From: an uncultured Methanosarcinaceae archaeon
Lineage (GTDB): Archaea; Halobacteriota; Methanosarcinia; Methanosarcinales; Methanosarcinaceae
Length of the DNA: 64,000 nt
Assembly (NCBI GenBank): GCA_963727895.1
Contig: CAVSHT010000011.1
Location: 192,001 to 256,000, forward strand
Reading direction: 5' to 3'
The translations under genes were made by a program, and so were the position numbers. The notes under the pieces were generated by a model, which had not been told where the DNA came from, did not search any database, and saw only the letters and a program-made list of their open reading frames with translations. Below are positions 58,226-64,000 of this stretch, piece by piece; position 1 is the first letter of the stretch, and each line of letters begins with the position of its first letter.

Positions 58226-60442
58226 ATGGATACTGAAGTTAAATCCATTGGAGTTCAGGAGTTTGTTCGCAGATTTAAAGATCTAATAGAAAACAAAAAT
58301 GCAAAGCTCTGCTTCTTTTTGGGTGCAGGATGCTCGGTATCCTCAGGTATTCCAACTGCAGCAACCCTTGTAGAGAATTTATGGCTTCCAAAGCTCAAAG
58401 AATTAAAAACAAAAAATCAAGAAGACTTTAACAAGTGGTTCAAAATAAGATTTCCAGAATACGACAAAAACAATGCAGCCCAATTCTATAGAGACATAAT
58501 GGAAGAACTATTTCTAACTCCAAAACAGAGGCAGCAGGAAATCGAAAGGCTGGTTGCAAAAAAAGATCCTGGATTCGGGTATGCTATTTTAGCTCAGTTA
58601 CTGGCAGAAAAATGTGGAGAACACTGCAATATAATCCTCACCACAAACTTTGATGATATGGTTGCAGATGCTCTTTATCTTTATACAAACAAAAAACCCA
58701 TCGTCATCTTCCATGAGTCTCTAGCTGGGTTTGTAAAAATTAGTGGTACACGCCCTATGGTAATAAAACTTTATGTAGATTCAAAACTGTCTCCTATGAA
58801 TACAAAAAAAGAAACTAAGGAATTAAATGATAAAGTTAAGAAAGTAATTAAAAACTTGCTTTCTGAAGCTGGCTTGATTTTCATCGGATACGGTGGTAAT
58901 GATAATAGTATAACTGAGATTCTTAAAAAAGTTCCAGAAGACGAAGGCTCTTTTCAATGGGGAATCTATTGGATAGGACAAAGTATACCAAATAACGATA
59001 TGGGAGCGTTTCTAAAAAACAGAAATGCAGTATGGGTAAATCATAGGGATTTTGATGAACTGATGCTTCTCATAAAGGAAGAATTTGGACTTAAATCTCC
59101 ATCAAACGATAGATTTGAAAAATTGTTTAAAGTGTATTTTGATACACTTCAAAATTTGAATGAAAAAATTAATTTAAAGCCAGACTCTGGGGAGAAGAAA
59201 ATTCTTGAAAATGCCGTTGAGAAAACATCAAAAGAATTTAAATCCTGGCGGTCAATAGAGTTAGAAGCATCAAAATATCAGAAGGCAGATCTTAAAAAGG
59301 CGGACCAGATTTGCCAAAAAGGTATAAGTCAATTTCCAAATAGTCATGAACTTATTAAAAACTATGCAATTTTCTTGCATAATATTCGTAAGGACTATGA
59401 TAAAGCAGGAAAGCTGTTCAAGAAAGCTCTCTAAATTGAACCAGAGAATACTAGAAATCTTGGAAACTATGCGGTTTTTCTAAAGAATATTCATAAGGAC
59501 TACGATAAAGCAGAAGAGCTGTTCAAGAAAGCTCTTGAAATTGAACCAGATAATGCTAATAACCTTGGAAGCTATGCGATTTTTTTGAATGACATTCGTA
59601 AGGACCACGATAAAGCAGAAAATTTTTACAAGAAAGCTCTCAAAATTGAGCCCGAGCACGCAAATAACCTTGAAAACTATGCGTATTTCTTGGAAGACAT
59701 TCGTAAGGACCACGATAAAGCAGAAGATTTTTACAAGAAAGCTCTCTAAATTGAACCAGATAATGCTGACAACCTTGGAAACTATGCAATTTTTCTGAAT
59801 GATATTCGTAAGGACTACGATAAAGCAGAAGAGTTTTACACGAAAGCTCTCAAAATTGAACCCGCGAATGCTAATAACCTTGAAAACTATGCGTATTTCT
59901 TGGAAGACATTCGTAAGGACTACGATAGAGCAGAAGATTTTTACAAGAAAGCTCTAAAGATTGAACCAAAGAATGCTAAATACCTTGGAATCTATGCAAA
60001 TTTTCTGAAGAATATTCGTAAAGACTACGATAAAGCGGAAGTGTTTTACAAGAAAGTTCTCGATATTGAACCCGAGAATGCTAGATACCTTGGAAACTAT
60101 CCAGGATTTCTGCTATCTATGGGAAAGGAAGAAGATGGATTTAGTCTATTAAAAAAGGTACTTTTTTCAACTGATAAACAAAATTTATTACTAGAATGCT
60201 GGTTCTATTGTTATGCCCATACAAAAGATAAAAAATCTAGAAATCAGAGCCTCTGTAAAATAAAAGATTTGATCAAATCTGGAGTCAGATCTCCGTATTG
60301 GAATCTAGAAGAAAATATGAAAACCGCCGTAGAAAGTGGTCATCCCGAATCAGAGTTCTTAGAAAAGCTTTCAAAAGTTATATCTGATGAAGTAAATGCA
60401 AAAGAACTGGATGATTTTGATGTCTGGTTGCAGTGTTCCTAA
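58226..60442 (+). pseudogene. SIR2-like NADase-TPR protein with two in-frame TAA stops
   Basis: FFLGAGCS, TTNFD, KLYVD (normally KLHG), FIGYGGND; seven 105-bp TPR units; one 738-codon frame with TAA at 59432 and 59747. Confidence 0.85.
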
Positions 60443-60817
60443 ACTACATCAGTAATTTCTATTTTGATTTGATTTCATTGGTCATCGGTTAAGGAATTTT
60501 CTTGCCTGAAAGCTATCGATTTTGCACTAGAAACCTGCCTTAAATCTTAGCTTATCTACATGAAATCGATATCTTGTTCCAGCTCATAATCTATTAACAT
60601 ATTTAACAAATGTTGTGGAAATGAAAGCAATTTGTCACGATTCCTCACTTAACTGAAGACGCATGGATTTGATTTAGAAATTAAGAATAAATATTTACGA
60701 CCAATGCTAGAAACTTAAAACAGAACAAAAAAGTTAAGGTAAAGGTAGTAAAGTTGTTAATTAACTAGCTACCTTTAATCTTGACTATTTTTGAAAATCG
60801 TATTTCAAATAATCAAA

Positions 60818-61171
60818 TTATGAATTATTACTTGAGTTTTCTGCTGGAGGCATGGTGCCATTACCTGACATGTTGCCTGGAGCTCCTCCAGGAGGCATGG
60901 TAGAGTTGTTAGACATGTTGCCTGGAGCTCCTCCAGGAGGCATGGTAGAGTTGTTAGACATGTTGCCTGGAGCTCCTCCAGGAGGCATGGTAGAGTTGTT
61001 AGACATGTTACCTGGAGCTCCTCCAGGAGGCATGGTAGCGTTACTGGACACATTGCTTGCGTTATCTGCTGAAGAAGTAGTAGTGTCGGATGTTTTACTG
61101 CTAGTACATCCTGACATTGCTACTACTGACATAAGCAGCAAGCCAATTACTAAAAAGCTTATTTTTTTCAT
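60818..61171 (-). CDS. Putative lipoprotein with PPGGAPGNMSNNSTM repeats
   Basis: MKK-hydrophobic-SGC lipobox-like signal; 45-bp repeats at about 60846-61037. Confidence 0.75.
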   Translation of the reverse strand: MKKISFLVIGLLLMSVVAMSGCTSSKTSDTTTSSADNASNVSSNATMPPGGAPGNMSNNSTMPPGGAPGNMSNNSTMPPGGAPGNMSNNSTMPPGGAPGNMSGNGTMPPAENSSNNS

Positions 61172-61577
61172 TATAGTACCTCAAAAATATTGTTTAATTG
61201 TAACTCCAATTTAGAGGGAATCTAAAGGATGTGTTTAAATATACAAGACAGTAAGATTTCAGATTGTCTTGGTTTTTCGAAAAGAAAAGAACTCAAACAC
61301 TAAAAAACCTTTGCATATTTTCCTATATTCATGCGCTTATTGAATCTTTTTTCTGCTCAATATTCCTTGTTTGAAATATTTGATTCAACTTATTTGATTC
61401 AACTTCCAATTTTTCGTTCTAATACATAATGGATTTAGACAAACTGGATTGGATCTGGGCACAGATAAAAATAAAGAACAAATTAAAAAATCGAAAACTA
61501 AGTAGAAAATCTGAAAACAAAAACAGCAGCAAAAAACAGGAACAATATAGAAAAGGTATAAAGCCAAAAATCACAGT

Positions 61578-62225
61578 TCAAATAATCTCTTCAATTTTAT
61601 TTTCAGAAGCTTTTAACACTTCTCTCGCCTGTGCTTCATTAAGCCCTGCTCCAATTGCGATTTTCAGGGCTGTTTCATCAGTGATCAGATTTTCAGGAGC
61701 ATGTGTATCGGTATTTACCAGAAGTGTTGCGCCTACTTCAAGAGCAATCCGGGCGACATGTCCATTAGTTCGGTTGTGCCCATTTCGGGCAGTGATTTCC
61801 AGGCAAACATTGTTCTCTTTAGCCTTTTCGGCATCTTCTTTCGAGATCAGGCCTGGATGAGCTAAGATGTCCACAAATTCACAGGCAGCTACTGCTGCAT
61901 TTGTTCCAGGGGCAACCGGCTCGGAGGTGGTTTCCCCATGCACGACTACAATTTCTGCACCCAGATCTTTTGCTTTCTTTGCAAGAGGAGCTATTTTCCG
62001 TGGTGGGACATGTGTTAATTCAACGCCAGCTAGAACGCGAATATCCCATTCACTTTCAAGATATTTTGCTTTCTGTCCGGCTTCTATAAGTTGTTCGAGA
62101 TTTGTGTAATCAGCATGGTCGGTAAGGGCAATAGCCTTATAGCCGTGAATAACCGCCCGCCGGACAAGTTCACTGGGGATAAGTTCCCCATCACTGAAAA
62201 TCGTGTGAGTGTGAAGATCAATCAA
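61578..62225 (-). CDS. PHP-family phosphoesterase
   Basis: DLHTHT, TDH, GVELTH, LAHPG, NTDTH. Confidence 0.9.
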   Translation of the reverse strand: MIDLHTHTIFSDGELIPSELVRRAVIHGYKAIALTDHADYTNLEQLIEAGQKAKYLESEWDIRVLAGVELTHVPPRKIAPLAKKAKDLGAEIVVVHGETTSEPVAPGTNAAVAACEFVDILAHPGLISKEDAEKAKENNVCLEITARNGHNRTNGHVARIALEVGATLLVNTDTHAPENLITDETALKIAIGAGLNEAQAREVLKASENKIEEII

Positions 62226-62413
62226 CCAGATCACCGTGTTTGGAAGTAGTTTTTAACATTGAGTAAACTCTTATTAAGTAAACTCTTATTAATTCTGTTT
62301 ACTACTTTTTTAATTAACAACTATATTTAATTTCAATTTATAGTTTCAGCTGTTAAATTATATATATTTTTGCTAACTACTATAGTTTATATTAGCTGAA
62401 GCTCCTGATTTAA

Positions 62414-63205
62414 TTACTCAGATTTCTCGGTTTTTCCAAGCCTTTCTGCCACATCGGCAAAAGCGAAGTTTGGTTTGACATCTGCTATTTTTATCCTGAC
62501 TTTTTCTCCAACCTCGACTTCTTTTACAAAGACGACAAATTCTTCAATGAGTACAGCTCCGTCCCCACTTGAACCCAGCTTCTCAATATCTACGATAAAC
62601 TCATCCCCTTTACGGAGAGGCGCTGTAAGAAATTTCTTTCCAATAACGTAGATTTCCGCACTCTGTGACCGCGAAGCTTTCGGGGAGTAAGCCATTGTCC
62701 TGACAAAGTTTTCCCTGACTTTCTGCATGTAATCATTAAACATGTCTCCCTGGAAAACCTTTACAACAAAATTTCCTTTAGGTTTGAGAATTTTTTTTGC
62801 ACATTCCAGGGCTGATGTTGAAAGTTCTATTGATCTTGCATGGTCATAAGACCAGTTTCCGGAAAGGTTAGGAGCTGCGTCACACAGTACCACATCAGTT
62901 CCTTTTGTTCCAACAATTTTAATAATTTTCTTTATTGTCGATTCCGCGTTTATATCTCCCTGAATGGTCTCGACGCCTTCAATAGGTACGATTCTCTGGA
63001 GGTCTACACCAAGTACCTTACCTCCAGATAGCTCCTTTGCAACCTGCAGCCATCCGCCTGGGGCTGCGCCCAGATCAACAACTGAGTCTCCCTTATTGAT
63101 AACACGATGTCTTTCATTAATCTGCTTGAGTTTGAAGGAAGCCCTGGACCGGTATCCTTCCTCTTTTGCCTGATGATAATAATAGTCTCTTCTGTCTCTT
63201 GCCAT
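62414..63205 (-). CDS. rlmE: 23S rRNA U2552 2'-O-methyltransferase with C-terminal TRAM domain
   Basis: YRSRASFKL, DLGAAPGGW, KVFQG, PKASR..SAEIY. Confidence 0.96.
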   Translation of the reverse strand: MARDRRDYYYHQAKEEGYRSRASFKLKQINERHRVINKGDSVVDLGAAPGGWLQVAKELSGGKVLGVDLQRIVPIEGVETIQGDINAESTIKKIIKIVGTKGTDVVLCDAAPNLSGNWSYDHARSIELSTSALECAKKILKPKGNFVVKVFQGDMFNDYMQKVRENFVRTMAYSPKASRSQSAEIYVIGKKFLTAPLRKGDEFIVDIEKLGSSGDGAVLIEEFVVFVKEVEVGEKVRIKIADVKPNFAFADVAERLGKTEKSE

Positions 63206-63288
63206 TACTTACCTTCCCTGCACTGAAAGATGATATAGATTGCGCAAAAGTCGTTCATTCATCAATCTTCAATTTAATCCACTGAATC

Positions 63289-63993
63289 TCATATTTCAAT
63301 ACAAGTACTTTTGTTCTTAAGCTCACTATTAAACAAAATAACAGAGCATATCAACACGATAACAGCTATCCACACTGCTTTAACTCCAATAAATGATGTA
63401 AGCAACGCGCCCAAAATAGCTCCTGCTAAAAAAGAAAGATTTATTGTAGAGTATCGAATGGCTCTGCGAGCTGATTCATAGTCTCTTTTTGTGAAAGCGA
63501 TATAAGCTTCCTGTGTAGCTGAACGTAGGTTTCCCGTAACCATTGTTGTGCTATACGTAGAGCCAACGAGTTTGCGAAATGAGGATATCTGTACCGAAGA
63601 AACGAATGAAATAACAACTGTTACAATGATATTTGGACTTGTGTAAGGTATAAAGCCTACAATAAAAAGGACTACAGTTTCAAGAATTAAAACTGCCCTT
63701 TCGGATTCCGGTATGGACAGGCGCATTGAATGCTTTTTAATTATTTCAGCTACTACTACTCCTACCATAAATGCCAGAATAGGAACCGCGTGAAGCACTG
63801 CCTGCCCCCATTCTCCTGTTGCGGCTTCTATACCCATTAGCACGATATTTCCTGTCTGAGCATTGGCAAAAACCCCTCCTCTACCTACAAATGTATAGGC
63901 ATCAAGAAATCCCCCTACAATTGCAAGAAGTATACCAAGCTCTACTGATTCGGAGGTAAAATTACATAAACGTATTTTTCTTTTGTTTTTCAA
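63289..63993 (-). CDS. YoaK/DUF1275 membrane protein
   Basis: GGFLDAYTF, FANAQTGN, TTMVTGNLR. Confidence 0.9.
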   Translation of the reverse strand: MKNKRKIRLCNFTSESVELGILLAIVGGFLDAYTFVGRGGVFANAQTGNIVLMGIEAATGEWGQAVLHAVPILAFMVGVVVAEIIKKHSMRLSIPESERAVLILETVVLFIVGFIPYTSPNIIVTVVISFVSSVQISSFRKLVGSTYSTTMVTGNLRSATQEAYIAFTKRDYESARRAIRYSTINLSFLAGAILGALLTSFIGVKAVWIAVIVLICSVILFNSELKNKSTCIEI

Positions 63994-64000
63994 TGTTAAC

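Noticed and set aside
61429..61860. 143-aa plus-strand ORF
   Set aside because: Lys-rich translation of A-rich intergenic DNA running antisense into the PHP gene

Overview
Chromosomal window from a methanogenic euryarchaeon, most likely Methanosarcina, judged from the proteins, gene order and intergenic tandem repeats. The conserved core (6.8-21.0 kb, minus strand) is tRNA-Lys-rpoH-rpoB''-rpoB'-rpoA'-rpoA''-rpl30e-nusA-rps12-rps7-fusA-tuf-rps10. Other housekeeping genes include ahcY, an MTA/SAH deaminase, cdc48, htpX-pspAB and rlmE, plus a PAS two-component cluster. These are interleaved with a decaying accessory layer: four IS1-family copies, an ISNCY-like element, an IS110/IS1111 recombinase element, MITE-like elements, solo Tn3-like and IS6-like ends, and many broken genes. 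The best lead is the IS110/IS1111 element (37.09-38.59 kb). Its left non-coding end folds into a two-loop bridge/seek-type RNA; one loop matches both strands of the IS1 site the element interrupts and the other matches the element's own right end, suggesting an RNA-guided element that targets another IS. Other leads are two disarmed NLR-like immune genes (HD-STAND-TPR and SIR2-TPR), a probable non-AUG start for rpoB'', a 1-nt frameshift at the start of fusA and a perfect 189-bp in-frame duplication in a sensor kinase. Some indels may be assembly errors. All family assignments are by motif recognition, not database search.
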